Shown here: positions 26,968 through 40,993 of the stretch, piece after piece | Layout: every line of letters starts with the position of its first letter | Position numbering within the stretch: the stretch's first letter is position 1 | Assembly (NCBI GenBank): GCA_951406725.2 | Contig: OX597834.1 | Coordinates: 8,308,001 to 8,372,000, forward strand | Length of the DNA stretch: 64,000 nucleotides | Source of the DNA: Octopus vulgaris | Taxonomy: Eukaryota | Direction: 5' to 3' | The notes under the pieces: generated by a model | Seen by the model: the letters and a program-made list of their open reading frames with translations, nothing else | The model's database searches: none | Told to the model about the DNA's origin: nothing | Program-made: the position numbers and the translations under genes

Positions 26968-27924
26968 ATGCTGTAGGGAGTCAGAAGATAATTGCTCTCT
27001 CGTGGCTAAATGTTGTTTTGACTCATATTTCTAGCAATACCGGCGCGAAATATTTCCCTTGGTCACTTTAGTGACGTCTATACATCTGCCTTTCGATTGC
27101 TAAGGCGAATAAGCCGCCTTTACTATTTATGAACACATGCACACACAAACAAACAAACATACACACACACATCTACAGAGATCTGTGTACTCTTGTATGT
27201 GTGTTTGCGTGTCTATAACATTAATGTGCTTACTGATATTTTTAAATGTTGTTTTTCAAAACTCGCATTTCTAATGCATTGCTATTTTGATTTGTATAAG
27301 AATTTCATTTATAAGTGTAGACTGAATGCAAATTACTTTGAATGTATTCACATCACCTCCGTTGGGAACGAACTATTACCATTTATTATTTTAGAAAAAA
27401 AAATTGGAACAGCGCCTGTTCTGAGATAGTATTATCCTTGTTTAACTGTCCTACGCGTTCATAAAATATCTTTATCTTCACAAAACTGTTTTAAATGCCT
27501 TTAGTATTATATGACAAAAATATTTTATATATTTTTGTCAGGTTTGCACAATTTACTTTTAGTATTGTTACTAAAGATTTTATTTTCACAAGTATTCTTT
27601 CAGTGTGAACCTGCGAAGCTAGTGAGAGATAACAGTACTATTTCCCCCGTTTTTATCTTTGTATATGCAGTCAAAGTCTTATTTTTTCTTTGAAAATTAG
27701 ATAAAAATGTTTTCTCTATTTGCAGGTTTTGCTGATTTGGCTTGTTTTAAAAATATTTTTAAGTCTTCGAAAGCGTTGCCTTTAAATATTTTTGAATTCC
27801 TTTTTTTATGTTTATTTGAAACGATGAAACGATCATTTTCACATGTGGCCAATCTTTCTTCGCGTCTCGTTTACTTCTAAATATGTATAGGCTATGGTAA
27901 TTATAATAATGATTTATTTTTTTC

Positions 27925-28130
27925 TACTATAAGCACAAGGCTGAAATTTGGGAAAGAGGGGCTAGTAAATTACTAAGACCTCAGTGATTTACTTATGCTT
28001 TTTTTAATCGACCGCGAAAGGACGAAAGGCATAGTCTACCTCGGCGGGATCAGAACTCAAAACAAAAGACAGACCAAATGCCGCTAAGAATTTTTGCCAG
28101 GCGTGGAAACGGTTCTTCCAGCTTCTCCCT
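27925..28130 (-). mobile_element. SINE-A (type-2 tail), diverged
   Basis: aatcgaccgcgaaaggacgaaaggcatagtctacctcggcgg..gaactca..aaatgccgctaag. Confidence 0.8.
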
Positions 28131-28170
28131 AACAACAACAACAACAAAAACAAAAAAAAACAACAACAAC

Positions 28171-28202
<32 letters not shown>

Positions 28203-28294
28203 GCTGGGCCCGAGAAAAACCATGGAAAACATAAAAAGTGTAAGCATCTGTAAACAACGTAGTGGTGCCATGAGAATTGTTTGCATATAATGAC

Positions 28295-28440
28295 CGCCAG
28301 TCTTTACGTTCTGAGTTCAAATTCTGCTGAATTAGACTTTACCTTTCGTCCTTTCGGGTTCGATTAATTAAGTACCAGCTGTGTACTGAGGTCGATCTAA
28401 TCAACTGGCCCCGTCCTCACAAAAAATTTCGGGCCTAGAA
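28295..28440 (+). mobile_element. SINE-A partial
   Basis: ttacgttctgagttcaaattc..ctttcgtcctttcgggttcgattaattaagtaccag. Confidence 0.8.
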
Positions 28441-28568
28441 TCGTATATTGTGGCAGTTACCTAATGTAGTACATAATGTAACACCAATGACTATATAATC
28501 CAACCAAAACATCTGTTACACAAACGTAATCCGAATTACTATTTAACATTAAAATACATCGTACATAA

Positions 28569-28629
28569 TGGCGGTGCTCCAGCATGGCCACAGCTCGTGA
28601 GCTGAAACTAGATAAAATAAAATAAAATT
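28569..28629 (+). mobile_element. extreme 3' tail of the CR1-group LINE
   Basis: ggcggtgctccagcatggccacagctcgtgagctgaaactag(ataaa)n, matching the 3' ends at 43.5 kb and 55.25 kb. Confidence 0.85.
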
Positions 28630-28669
28630 CAAGGAACCTTCTTGGTTTAGTGGTATGTAGCGTTCCTCT

Positions 28670-29205
28670 GTATTCTTTTATTCTGTTAATTCTTTCAGGC
28701 ATTTGATGGTGGCCATGCTGGATCACCACCCTTTAATCGAAGAAATTCACCCCTGGACTTATTCCGTGTAAGCCTGCTGCTTATTCTATCAGATTATTCT
28801 GCAGAAAAACTAAATTACAGGGACGCAAACGCACCAACATCGGTTGTCAAGCAACTTAAGGCGGCGAGCTGGCAGAATCGTTAGCACGTCGGGCGAAATG
28901 CTTAGCGGTATTTCGTCTGCCGTTACGTTGTGAGTTCAAATTCCGCCGAGGTCGACTTTACTTTTCATCTTTGCGGGGTCGATTAAATAAGTACCAGTAA
29001 CGCACTGGGGTCGATGTAATCGACTTAATACCTATGTCTGTCCTTGTTTGTCCCTTCTATGTTTAGTCCCTTGTGGGTAATAAAGAAATGGGTTGTCAAG
29101 CAATGGTGGTTGTGGTGCTGGTGGTGGTGGGACAAACACGAACACACACACATACATATATACATACATACATATGTACATACATACATACATATACAAC
29201 GGGCT
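28670..29205 (-). mobile_element. old SINE-B interrupted by SINE-A
   Basis: Tail at 28670-28740; the body resumes after 29103. Confidence 0.75.
28860..29089 (+). mobile_element. SINE-A (type-1 tail), young, nested in SINE-B
   Basis: 13-bp TSD ggttgtcaagcaa at 28842-54 and 29091-103. Confidence 0.95.
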
Positions 29206-29244
29206 TGGAGGTAGTGTTGATGCCGGCTTGTGCTATTCTGTGGC

Positions 29245-29830
29245 TTGTTACTTTGATATTGTTCATGGCCCGTGGTCTTGAAAATGTGACGTATAATTGG
29301 CCATGACAAAATATTCCAACCTTTTCAAATGTTTGCTTTTGAGCTTTATTAATTGTCATTGAATATGCAAGTCGAAGTAGAAACTGAAGTCTGTTTAGTC
29401 TGAAGGGAATATTTGCATCACTTGGTCTAAGTTTAATTCTGGGAATTAAAACTGGCGACCTCTGTTGGAGCCTGTTACCAATCATGCCTCTACACAATCT
29501 TCATGAAATCTTTGAACTTTCATGCGAATTCCATTACATAATCCTTGACCGATCGAAAGATCTCTTAGCAGTATTACAATAGTCTCTAGTTTTAAGTTGA
29601 GGCGATGCGGAGGCATATCGGATGGAGTGAGTGAGTTTATGAATTCAAATAGATACTTCTGAACCGCCTCTTGATTATTGCAGGACACTGAACCTGTGCC
29701 TAAGTTCGTTTTAAGTGTCTCTGGTATATTATTAAGACATTTTTCATTTATTGCAACACAAGCAGAATTTTTAGGAGATAAAATGACTCGTTTCCCCATT
29801 TCTACTGGTGTGCAGTTGTTGAAAATATCT
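29245..29830 (-). pseudogene. Helitron RepHel PIF1-like helicase C-terminal fragment, frameshifted
   Basis: ILSPKN..INE; EFINSLTPSDMPPHRLNLK..VILLRDL..GLCNG; IPRI..PF..RLQF.LRLAYSMTINKAQ.QTF.KVG..HGQLYV.FSR are established Helitron/PIF1 motifs. Confidence 0.93.
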
Positions 29831-30715
29831 AGATACTGATGTACAAGTTGAAATGACGTATACATACGGATGGCATATTTCACTTTCGGAATCCCACTCA
29901 TAAAACTTTACTCGGCCGAGGATCTAGAGGGAGCCAATTGCCCAAAGTAAATCCGAAACCATTTTAAAAGTATCAACTATAACTATTGCAAGACCTGTAG
30001 GAACTTTTCTTTATTTAATGCGGCAAATTATGGTTAAAATAAGATTCATCTGCTATTCATTGCATGGCGTGTGCTCAGGTAGAATTTCGTAAAAAGCAAT
30101 TTATTCAAAATCAGAAACCAAACATACGTAACTGAACGTTGTTATCCGCTTCCAGCATCATGAATTATCTCTCATATTTGTAAAAGCTAACACACGGTAA
30201 AAGGATTGTAACAAATCTTCCCTATTCCTTGATATATATTTCTTTTATCGAACCCTGGAAGGATGAAAAAATACTAGCACAAAAATTCGAAAAAAAACCA
30301 ACTCCGTTTTGTTTTCTTTACCTGAAGTCTAGTAAGAATATCATACAGTTTTATTGACCCTCGATGTACTTGAACGTAATATGTAAAGCAAAGGAATTAC
30401 GTTAGGGTGCGATATTTAGCATAAAGTTTGAACACTTGTAAACTATTGCTGTTTTAAATCAAGCACATAGTAACACAAATGTTTCAGATAATGGAAGTAT
30501 AGTGTTTAGAGCTGAAACCTTCATCAGAAGGGCACGATGGAGAGAGAGAGAGAGAGAGAGGGAAGAGGTAAGAGAGGGAGAGAGAGATGAGTTACTTAAT
30601 TTCACTCTTGTATTAAAAAATGGTAATCAGGAAATATTTTTCTAACAGTGAATAAGAAAGCAACTGAAGAATAAAGAAAACAGACTTAAAAAGTGGTAAT
30701 GTTTCTTTGGAGATA

Positions 30716-30935
30716 AAGTGGTGAACTGGCTGGATGGTCAGCATGCCGGACATAATGCTTAGATGCATTCTGTTCGTTTTTACGCTCTCAGGTTAAATTT
30801 CCCCCGAGGGCGGCTTTGCCTTTCAATCCTTTCAGGGTCGATAAAATAAGTACCAGTTGGACACTGGGGTTGATGTAATCGATTTACACGCTTCACCTAA
30901 ACTGCTGGCCATGTGCCAAAGTTTGAAACCAATAT
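30716..30935 (+). mobile_element. SINE-A (type-2 tail), diverged
   Basis: gctttgcctttcaatcctttcagggtcgataaaataagtaccagttg..tgtgccaaagtttgaaacc. Confidence 0.85.
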
Positions 30936-31466
30936 TTGTTTGGAAATGTGAAATGGAAACTGTTAAATAAACACATAAATGAAAACCATCGGACATTTAA
31001 AAAACAAAGAACAAAAGTTGCTACAAAAACAAAACAAAACAAAGAAACTCGTAGCGACGTATTTAGCTGATTATTTATAACTTTTTTTATTGTGCTTATA
31101 ATCTTTGATATCTTAATAAAGACATAGGGGACACGTAATGAAATAAAGAGCAACATGAATTTCCCAAATTTGCGAGCAGTGGTATACGAGTAATCTGCAA
31201 CATAAGTCTAAATTGGGAACTTCTTTTCTTCTCCTCTTCATCCCCTTTACTCAGTGCAACGGAGGCCAATATCCTGAGGGTCCTGGTCATCTTCTATTTT
31301 CTTCATAATTACAAAACAATAAGATTATCACAGAGGAATAACCTATGACAATACCTTTTATTAGTTATTGTGGGATTAATTTAGACGGAGTTGGCAGACA
31401 AAAACAAGACTGAATGGAGTGACAGAAATATGGTGAGATATTCACAGACTGAAAAGGTGAGAAAGA

Positions 31467-31503
<37 letters not shown>

Positions 31504-32286
31504 AGGGGAGAGAGAGAGTAAGGGGAGAGAGAGAGAAGAAATACAGAAAGAGAGAGAAACAGAAAAAGAGAAAGAGATAGAATAACAGGAGGAGAGAGAT
31601 AGAATGAATGATGGCGCGAGATACGTAGTAATGAGGAAAAAGCCGCAAGGGAATATATGGACCAAATTTCAAATTAAGGAATTAGAAAGGATGGAAGGAG
31701 AATCGACAAGCGTTGGGTGATCATTGAAAGTGAGAAACATAAACTGTCAATAGAGGTTAGAGATTAAAGTTTTATACACGTCATGCTGTACATCACCTCT
31801 TAGAGATTAATTGTGGGACCAATTTAAGAGAAATTGCTGCAGTTCTTAAATGGACCGTGTTGTTGTGATGATGGTGGTAGTGGTGGTAGAAACGTATATT
31901 GTTTTTACTATTTGTATGTACTATTGGTTAATGGAGGCTGTTGTTGTTGTTGCTGTCGATGATGGTGTTGTTATTGTCGTTGGTGGTGGTGATGGTGGCG
32001 GTGGTGGTTATAGTGCGTGTTTTACTGTATGATTGATGGTGCTAATACTTCGGACATTCGATAAAGTTCCTTGTTTTTTATTGCTGCTATTTACAGCTCT
32101 GAGTTTACAGACTTTCGATCAAATACTCGACGGCTTTATCTTAAAAAGTGTGACTACGTCTAGGTCTATCTTAGCATCGAATATGCGGTTGTTTGAAAGA
32201 CATTAGGGTCTAATTTGACCGTACGTTGGCTGCTGTTTCTAACTGGTTCATTGACCACATAACGAGGCACAACTTCAGCGAGGTTA

Positions 32287-32504
32287 CTCTTTTACTTGCT
32301 TCAGTCATTTGACTGCAGCCATGCTGGAGCACCTCCCTTAGTCGAGCAAATCGACCCCGGGACTTATTCTTTCTATGCCTAGTACTGCAACATAAGTCTA
32401 TCGGTGTCTTTTGCCGAACCGCTAAGTTACGGGGACGTAAACACACCAGCATCGGTTGTCAAGCGATGTTTGGGGGACAAACACAGATACACATATACAC
32501 ACAC

Positions 32505-32505
<1 letters not shown>
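32287..32505 (-). mobile_element. SINE-B 3' half ending in its internal microsatellite
   Basis: Reverse complement of the SINE-B tail and body. Confidence 0.9.
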
Positions 32506-32546
<41 letters not shown>

Positions 32547-32599
32547 TACACATATTTGTGTTATTTTTATGATCATATGATCATTGTTGTTTCTAATAT

Positions 32600-33045
32600 C
32601 GGTTTCCCATTCTGGCGCTAGGCCAGCAATTTCAAGGAAGAGGGTAAGTAGATACGTCCACCCCAGAGCCCATCTGGTACGTGTTTTATCGACTCCAAAA
32701 AGATGAACGTTAAGTCGACCACGGCGGAGTTTGAACTGACAAAGGAACGTTCAGACGAGTGAAACACCTCTAAGCATTTTCCTCAGAATCCTAACGACTT
32801 CATCACATCATCGCCGTGACTACAAGAAATATTGGGCGAAAATTTTGGCACGAGGCCAGCAGCTTTGGGGGAGGATCTGACTCAACTATGTCACCCTCTG
32901 TGCCCAACTGGTGCTTATTTTTTCAACGTTGAAAGGATGAGAAGTGAAGTCCACGTTGGCGGAATTTGAACTCAGAACTTAAAGACGAACGAAATACCGC
33001 TGATCATTCCGCTGGGCGTCGTAACGATTTTTACAGTTCGGTGTC
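32600..33045 (-). mobile_element. two tandem diverged SINE-A (type-2) copies
   Basis: Two units (about 32600-32818 and 32840-33045), each with cggcgga(g/a)tttgaact. Confidence 0.75.
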
Positions 33046-33105
33046 TAATATGAGCAAATATGGGCTTCAGTAATGTAGGTCAAGGACCTAATGGTATTAA
33101 GGAGA

Positions 33106-33337
33106 AGGCGCAGAGCTGGCAGAATCGTTAGCACACTAGGCGAAATGCGTAGCCGTATTTCGTCTGCCGTTACGTTCTGAGTTCAAATTCCGCCGAGGTC
33201 GACTTTGCCTTTCATCCTTTCGGGGTCGATTAAATAAGTACCAGTTACGCACTGGGGTCGATATAATCGACTTAATCTGTTTGTCTGTCTTTGTTTGTCC
33301 TCTCTGTGTTTAGCCCCTTGTGGGTAGCAAAGAAATA
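33106..33337 (+). mobile_element. SINE-A (type-1 tail), full length, young
   Basis: A-box gagctggcagaatcg, B-box gagttcaaattcc, central gcctttcatcctttcggggtcgattaaataagtacc (resembles the Meta-SINE domain). 13-bp TSD ggtattaaggaga at 33093-105 and 33338-50. Confidence 0.95.
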
Positions 33338-35020
33338 GGTATTAAGGAGAGGAGTGGTAGTAATGAGAATGTATACAGTAGTGGTGGTCATGGTGATAGA
33401 TGTTATAGTAGTGGTATGAATGGTGAGAGGGCGATGGTGGTAATGCTAATAGTGATAGTGTTGGCACACATGATGTTTTTGATAGATACGCTGATAAAAA
33501 CATTTTGTGTGAAATATTGATGGCGGTGGTAGCGTGGTTATTAGATGAAAATTGATAGTGACGGAGGTAGTAGTTTTGCTAAGGTTCATGAACGTTTTGG
33601 AGGTGATGGCGTATGTGCTGGTGACGGTGATGGTCTCAGGAGTGGTGAATCACTGATACAAGTTATGGCATTGATGGTTGCAATGTGTTGATGCTGACAG
33701 TGTTGTTAATATTGATGAGAGAGGTGACGGTGATTGAGAATGCGGCGATGAAAGGGCGGCGGGGCTGGTGCAATGCTAAACGTGCTGCCATTGTAAATTA
33801 TAATGCTTCTGGAAGGGAGCAAATGGCAAGTGTAAATTTATGTTACTTTGTATATTCAAATGTTGTTTCTTGTCGTTTTATCAGGCAATGGTTTGGTGGT
33901 GGTGATCGTCTTGGAAATGGTATCTGCAGTGATGATGGTAATTGTGGTGTTGGTGTTGGTGTTGGTGTTGGTGTTGGAGAGGGTAGGACTAAATCGGCGG
34001 ACGGTTAGCTTAAGTGGGCAGACAATAAACTGGAGGGCAAAGAAGTTTACCATCAATTGATTGTTATCTATTAAAGACTCCGATTGACTAATGGCGTTCT
34101 TAGTCATCTTTATTTAAAATGAACGTCGAAGGTGGGAAGACAGATGATAATTCTTGTGAGAGATAAACCAAAATAAGAAAAAAAATAACAAAGAAGAGAG
34201 CAAGAACCGTCCTTCCTTAAGTGATTTTGCTTTCGGCTATAGGATGAAAAGTCATCAAATATGTCGCTTAAATCACTGAAAACTTACGTGATGAAACACT
34301 TTTTAATTCCATCTATTTATTTATTTACTAATTTCTATATATATTTATTTATTTTGCTATTGGTTCATTTTTGTAGTTTCTTTAATGAAATCTAATACTA
34401 TTTTTTTTTTTTTTGGTTTGTATTTTTAGCTCTTACTGCGAGGAAGATGATGGATCGAATTTGAGAGATGTAGGTAATCGATTAATCTACTTATCTATCT
34501 TCTTCTAACCGTTACCCTCACCTCTTCTACCCCTTGTCTAAATATCTATTGTTATGTGTCTATTTGCTTCTATACATGTGTGTCTATACATATAGTCCTA
34601 CAGGAGTGTGTGTTCTGTGTGTTTGTGTCTTTCTTCGGTCCTACTTAGATACGTACTACTTACTTACCTGCCAAGCTTACCTACACTGCCAAACCAACAC
34701 ACCTTCTTACTGCTTTACCTGTCTATATGTCTACCTCATTTCCTCTCTATTGCTAGAGAGGAAAGTAAATTGAAGTATATAGTTAACATGCAAGGTAAAG
34801 AAGTTCAGTGAAGGAACCGACATTTCTTTTGCCGTCCATAACAATTATACATCGTGGGCCAAAACTCACGCACAGGATAAGTTCAATACGCTCAAGAATT
34901 ATCAGACATGCATCAATTTTCCTAAAATTCAAAATAAATAAAATAACGATACATGAAACATACGTACTTGTACCTGATTAACAAATCAAATACTAATAAT
35001 AACAGCATAATATTTGAAAA

Positions 35021-35485
35021 AATGTCAAATAGTTTGGTGCGTGACTTCTGGTCCTTCATGTATTTCATTTACATTATTCAATGTCTTTGACAGGTAAGGA
35101 CAACATAACTTCACATTTACTCTACGACGTCGACTCTCATACGTAGACCAAGTTTCTCAAATATTTTTACGATTGCAGGCTCCCAAATTATTACACAATA
35201 TAACTCTTAGCCAGTCTGTCCAATTCATAATCTTCAATATTAGTTGCCGGAATGATTCCCCAAGATGCCTATAATAAGATATTACTTAAGAATGTATTGC
35301 TTAATGTATTGCTATTTGGGAGTCTGCAATCGTAAAAATAGTTGAGAAACCTGATCTATGTATGAAGGTAAATTTCGTGGGGGGTAAATATAAAGTTATA
35401 TGTTTGTTACCTGTCAACGTTATATTCAATGGTGTAAATGACATACAGTGTAGGCAAAAGTTCATGCCCCCAAATATTTGACATT
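35021..35485. mobile_element. long-TIR (~170 bp) foldback/MITE-like element
   Basis: 35021-35188 is an imperfect inverted repeat of 35313-35485, e.g. tttttacgattgcaggctcccaaat / atttgggagtctgcaatcgtaaaaa. Confidence 0.75.
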
Positions 35486-35505
35486 ATATTTCTATTACAT
35501 TACCG

Positions 35506-35827
35506 GTGAGGGCGCGTGGCTTAGTGGTTAGGGCATTCGGCTCATGATCGTAAGGTTGTGAGTTCGATTCCCGGCGACGCGTTGTGTCCTTGAGCAAGAC
35601 ACTTTATTTCACGTTGCTCCAGTCCACTCAGCTGGCAAAAATGTGTTGTACTTGTATTTCAAAGGGTCAGCCTTGTCACTCTCTGTGTCACGCTGATTAT
35701 CCCCTGAACTACGTTAAGGGTACACGTGTCTGTGGAATGCTCAGCCATTTGCACGTTAATTTCACGAGCAAGCTGTTCCGTTGATCGTATCAGCTGGGAC
35801 CCTCGTCGTCGTAACCGGCGGAGTCTT
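35506..35827 (+). mobile_element. SINE-D (tail X)
   Basis: 13-bp TSD tattacattaccg at 35493-505 and 35828-40. Confidence 0.95.
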
Positions 35828-35852
35828 TATTACATTACCGAAAGTGTTATTT

Positions 35853-36098
35853 GTGGAGAGACGTGTCTTAGCGGTTAAGGTGCTGGATTCATAGTCGTAG
35901 GATTATGGTTTCGATTCCTGGACCGGGCGACGCGTTGTGTTCTTGAGCAAAACACTTCATTTCACATTACCCCAGTCGACTCAGCAGGCAAAAATGAGTA
36001 ACGCTTTGATGGACTGGCGTCCCATCCAGGTGCAGAATTTATACGCCACTGAACCCGGAAACCGGCCCTTATGAGCCTGGCATGGCTTGAGAAGGAAA
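35853..36098 (+). mobile_element. SINE-E: D-type middle with tail Y
   Basis: gcgttgtgttcttgagcaaaacactt..actcagcaggcaaaaatgagt (D middle), then gatggactggcgtccc..cccttatgagcctggcatggcttgagaagg. Confidence 0.85.
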
Positions 36099-36393
36099 CA
36101 CACACAATGTATTATTTAATATGTGGACGACCGTAACAGGTTGCCATCTGGTTGGGTTAGGAGACCGTGGGTTAAAATTGCTTTGGGTACTCCTGGAGAA
36201 AAATTACAATAAGCATTACGTAGAACTCTCCATGTGATACTGACTTCTTTAATGCAACAATGAGATAGGACGTGATATTATTTCTGAGGTCATTTTAAAT
36301 TTATATCTAAGCACGGTTACTTAATTAAACAACACAATTGGAGCCGCGTCTTAGATTTATTCTTACTGAAATGCATATGAATATTACATCAAA

Positions 36394-36722
36394 ATACGTA
36401 GATCAGGTTTCCCAACTATTTTTACGATTGCTGACTCCCAAATAGCAATACATTAAGCAATATATTCTTAAGTAATACCTTATTATAGGCATCTTGGGGA
36501 ATCATTCTGGCAACTAATATTGAAGATTATGAATTGGACAGACTGGCTAAGAGTTATATTGTGTATATTGTGTGATAATTTGGGAGCCTGCAATCGTAAA
36601 AATATTTGAGAAACTTGGTCTATGTATGAGGGTCGACATCGTGGAGTAAATATGAACTTACATTGTTCTTACCTGTCAAAGTTATTCAATAATGTAAATG
36701 AAATATAGGATGGACAAAAGTC
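36394..36722 (-). repeat. inverted second copy of the 35.0-35.4 kb foldback element
   Basis: Reverse complement of 35043-35365, including the central spacer. Confidence 0.9.
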
Positions 36723-37009
36723 TGTATTGTATTTGTTTTTCTCACTGGAGGCAGCAAGGTGGCAGAATTTCTAGAGGTTAGGAATATATCCTTTACAATA
36801 ATTCTTCCGACACTAAGTTCTAAGTTCAGTTTTCTTCGAAGTCATCTTCGTCTTTCATCCACACTTAGTCAAATATACGAATCGATATAATAGATCACAC
36901 CCATCCTCGCAAAATTGAGCTCCTAACGTTTATTTGGAAACGAGATGCTTCGGTTAGATCCCACTTGCATATGATACGCCTTTAAACCACTATTATTCCT
37001 GTGTTTTCT

Positions 37010-37353
37010 GTGGAGGCGCAATGGCCCAGTGGTTATCATAGGATCGCGGTTTCGATTCCCAGACCGGGCGTTGTGAGTGTTTATTGAGCGAAAACACCTA
37101 AAGCTCCACGAGCCTCCGGCAGGGGATGGTGGTGTTCCCTGCTATACTCTTTCACCACAACTCTTACTTCCTGTTTCTGTTGTACCTTGTATTTCAAAGG
37201 GCCGGCCTTGTCACTCTCTGTGTCACGCTGAATATCCCTGAGAACTACGTTAAGGATACACGTGTCTGTGGAGTGCTCAGCCACTTACACGTTAATTTCA
37301 CGAGCAGGCTGTTCCGTTGATTCGGGTAAACCGGAATCCTCGTCGTCGTAACC
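37010..37353 (+). mobile_element. SINE-C (tail X) with two small deletions
   Basis: Colinear with other SINE-C copies. Confidence 0.92.
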
Positions 37354-39794
37354 ATTCCTATGGTCAGATGATGAAAACCATCCTTCTTTTCATAAAAGGG
37401 TGGTGAGTATTTTGGCAAATGTTCAGCTACATTTTCTTGTATTTTTAGCGATCACCTAGAATCATCTATTATAGTTGTCGCTAGTGTTGTTATATTTGAA
37501 ATCCAGTCAGCCACGATGAAGGACTCGTATAAGGAAACGCACTGCAGTTTGGCTATTCACTAGTTTTTCAGACACAGTTTACATAGGACAAAAATATAAC
37601 GTTTTTAAACGGATGACAGTGGCATTTTCGCGTGAACATATAGACGTAAGTCTAATGGCTACACATTTGTATATTATCCTATAAATTCTATAAATTGCCC
37701 AATTAAAACAATGCCTGGAGCATGTGATACAATGTAGACACACAAATTATATAGCATATATTAGATAAAACAATTATCTTTACGGTTGAAACGTTTTGCT
37801 CATGGTTAATTTCGTAAAGTGTACAAAAAGAGTTTGTTGGTCGGATATGTTTGATAATGTTTATAGGAATATATTCTAAAACGCACATTTCATATTATAC
37901 ACCATGAACCGTGACAAAAATTTCGAGAGAGCTGCTGGAACGGAAGACATTCACTAATACAGAACTTTGTTCTCAAATATATCGAATCTAATTCTTAAAC
38001 CATTACATATTTCCGCTTTTAATCAGAATCACTTTAGTCTGTAATGAGTCACTACTCAAATGAAGCTCAAATTTTGTAGAAGCAAAGTTATTTTATATTA
38101 TTTAGAATGGTATTGGAGAAAAAGGGAGCGATGCGCCTCAAGACAAATCCCTGGAAAGCCAATAAACAGGCTGACATTTTTAAAACAGCAGACAGAAGTT
38201 CCTGAAATTTTGTCTTGAGATAGTAATAATGCATTGGTAAACTAGTCCAAGATATTTCGTTCATGAAAAATAAAACAGGATCGTCATGACCGGAACGTCT
38301 TTTGGCCTAAATCTCTTTGACCCAGGATTAATCTAATGGTAACGGCAACGATTTCGACAAGGACTGTGGAGGGCAAATTTTTCTCTGACATATTTCCTTA
38401 TTTTAGAAAGTAATCAAATTTTAAAAGATTATCATTGCGATTTAGTAGAGATGTCAAAGGACACATATATGTATGTACATATATATTTGTATGTGTTCTG
38501 TGTATGTGTGTCTGTGAATGTATGTGTGTGTGAGTATGGGTGTCGGTGGGTGTGCATGGGTGTGTGTAAACGCAAGTGCAAGTTACATCTTCTCCCTTTT
38601 GTAAAATTAAGGTGTAAATTATTTGATTCAAAACAGAATTTTGGATATAGGGAGTATGAAAATCCTCTTCCAGAGATTTGATGTTGGTGATTTAAACTTC
38701 AATGAGTTTCAGGTAATTGCAATGTCAAGGAAGTTCAGCCAATTGAATTATTATGCATTAAGTATACAAAGCCACATCAGCAGATATCATACTGGATCCA
38801 GTAACCGAATTACTTACAAACTTCTGGTTAGTGTTACTGTAATTAAATATCTGCTATTCATAATTTTATAGAACATGAACTGAGTGAATGCTTGCTTAAA
38901 AAATACCATTTCGAGATTAGCAAAAATACTTAAAATTTTACATACACGTGTAATACACTTCATAGTGACGATTAGTGTCCGTAGTACAAATTGTTCCCTT
39001 CAGACGTACAAAATTATTTATCATTTATCACTGAGATCCCAGATACGTCCCGCTGCGAATTTATGAGCACGTGTCAACATATCACAAGATTTGCTTTTAA
39101 AGAGTATATTCCATTTTTCCATATACTTATAGAAATAGTTAGGGGTTTGCAATGATTAGTTAGGGATCGGGTGATCTTTGTTTATAAGAATATTGTGCTG
39201 GATATTAAAGCTAATATAATTCAACTGCTAACATATCAATCTTGATGCTTGAATATAGTCAACACTGTAGCTAACAAGAACGAGGATGTCAATTAAAGAA
39301 TGTAATCTTCCAAATCTCCATAGCCCACAACTATCCAATTCAAAAACAGCTAATAAAAGTAAAATCATATCTTATGCTACCCAGAAATTTGGATTCAACG
39401 AAACTATGCCGGGTAGAAGAATAGGTGAAATCATTTATGTTCTATGAGAGCTATGTAAGCATTAGGCATAATAGAGGCAATTATTTCCATCGTCTTTCCA
39501 TTGCACATGCTCCCAACATCCCTTATGGCATGCCACTTCAGTACAAGTCATTATAGTTACTAGTGGTACACCATTGATGAATGGCAATCCAGTTTGAAGA
39601 ACGGTGCCTCGAATCTGCCAAAGCTGCACAACTATATCTGTATAACAATTAATTTTACGTTGGGAATTTACTTGAACGGAAGGAAACATTATTTCAAGAA
39701 AGTAACAAATTGCAGAAAAAAATCATACTTTCTTTTCCAGATCTTTTGTCAAACGAAGCTCATTTCTGTTACAATAACTGTCATTGCAATTGTG

Positions 39795-40138
39795 TATACA
39801 TACATGCATGCATACATACATACACACATACATACATACATATAAACATACATACATACATACATACATATATACATACATACATACATGCATACATACA
39901 TACATATATACATACATACACACATACATACATACATACATACATACATACACACATACATACATACATACGTACATACATATATACATACATACACACA
40001 TACATGCATACATACATACATACATACACACATACATACATACATACATACATTCATACATACATACATATATACATACATACATACATACATACACACA
40101 TACATACATACATACATACATATAGATACATACATACA

Positions 40139-40174
<36 letters not shown>

Positions 40175-40395
40175 CATACATACATACATACATACATACA
40201 TACATACATACATGCATACATACATACATATATACATACATACACACATACATACATACATACATACATACACACATACATACATACATACATATAAACA
40301 TACATACATACATACATACATATATACATACATACATACATATACATACATACATACATACATACATACATACATACAAACGTACGTACGTACGT
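39795..40395 (+). repeat. (TACA)n microsatellite, ~600 bp
   Basis: Read directly from the sequence. Confidence 0.98.
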
Positions 40396-40993
40396 ATATA
40401 AATATGCATGTTTGATTGAAACTGACACTATTATAGAGTTCAAAAGGAATATGCAATTTACGAGAACAATTTTAGATGCACAATAATATAATTTTATATA
40501 TGTTCTATTGCAGATATTTTTCATGTATTGTATGGTGTGATTCACCTTAGTACTTTGACTAAGAGTAAAATCTCTGCATTAACTACTTCATTTATGTACT
40601 ACACAAAGCCTGTAGGCAGTGTGGTAGTAAATTTTTAGGGGTTATAAAGCTCCATTGATGTTTTATGTCGGCTTCATCCAGACTGGATAATACAATTCTC
40701 TATTTCCTAGATGATTAACTTTTATGTTACAATATTACGTATTAGTCGGCGCGGTGTCTTCATCGTAATTGTCGCAAGGGTGAAACGTACGTAGTTACCA
40801 CTAATTTATACCCTCTTTTATCTTAATGTAGATTTAAATATGTTCTGAGTCTCATAACCTGCAACATTGTTACGTACAGAGTTAGACTGACCATTCGTCT
40901 GGAAACTGACTGAATAATGTTAATCTAATTAGAGCTCTAAGTCACACATTGGTAGTGGTATAATCAACTTCACACACAAGTTTAATATATATA

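Noticed and set aside
30500-30530. CUGAUGA on the minus strand as a hammerhead
   Set aside because: UAAAC instead of GAAAC, and no stem I or III.
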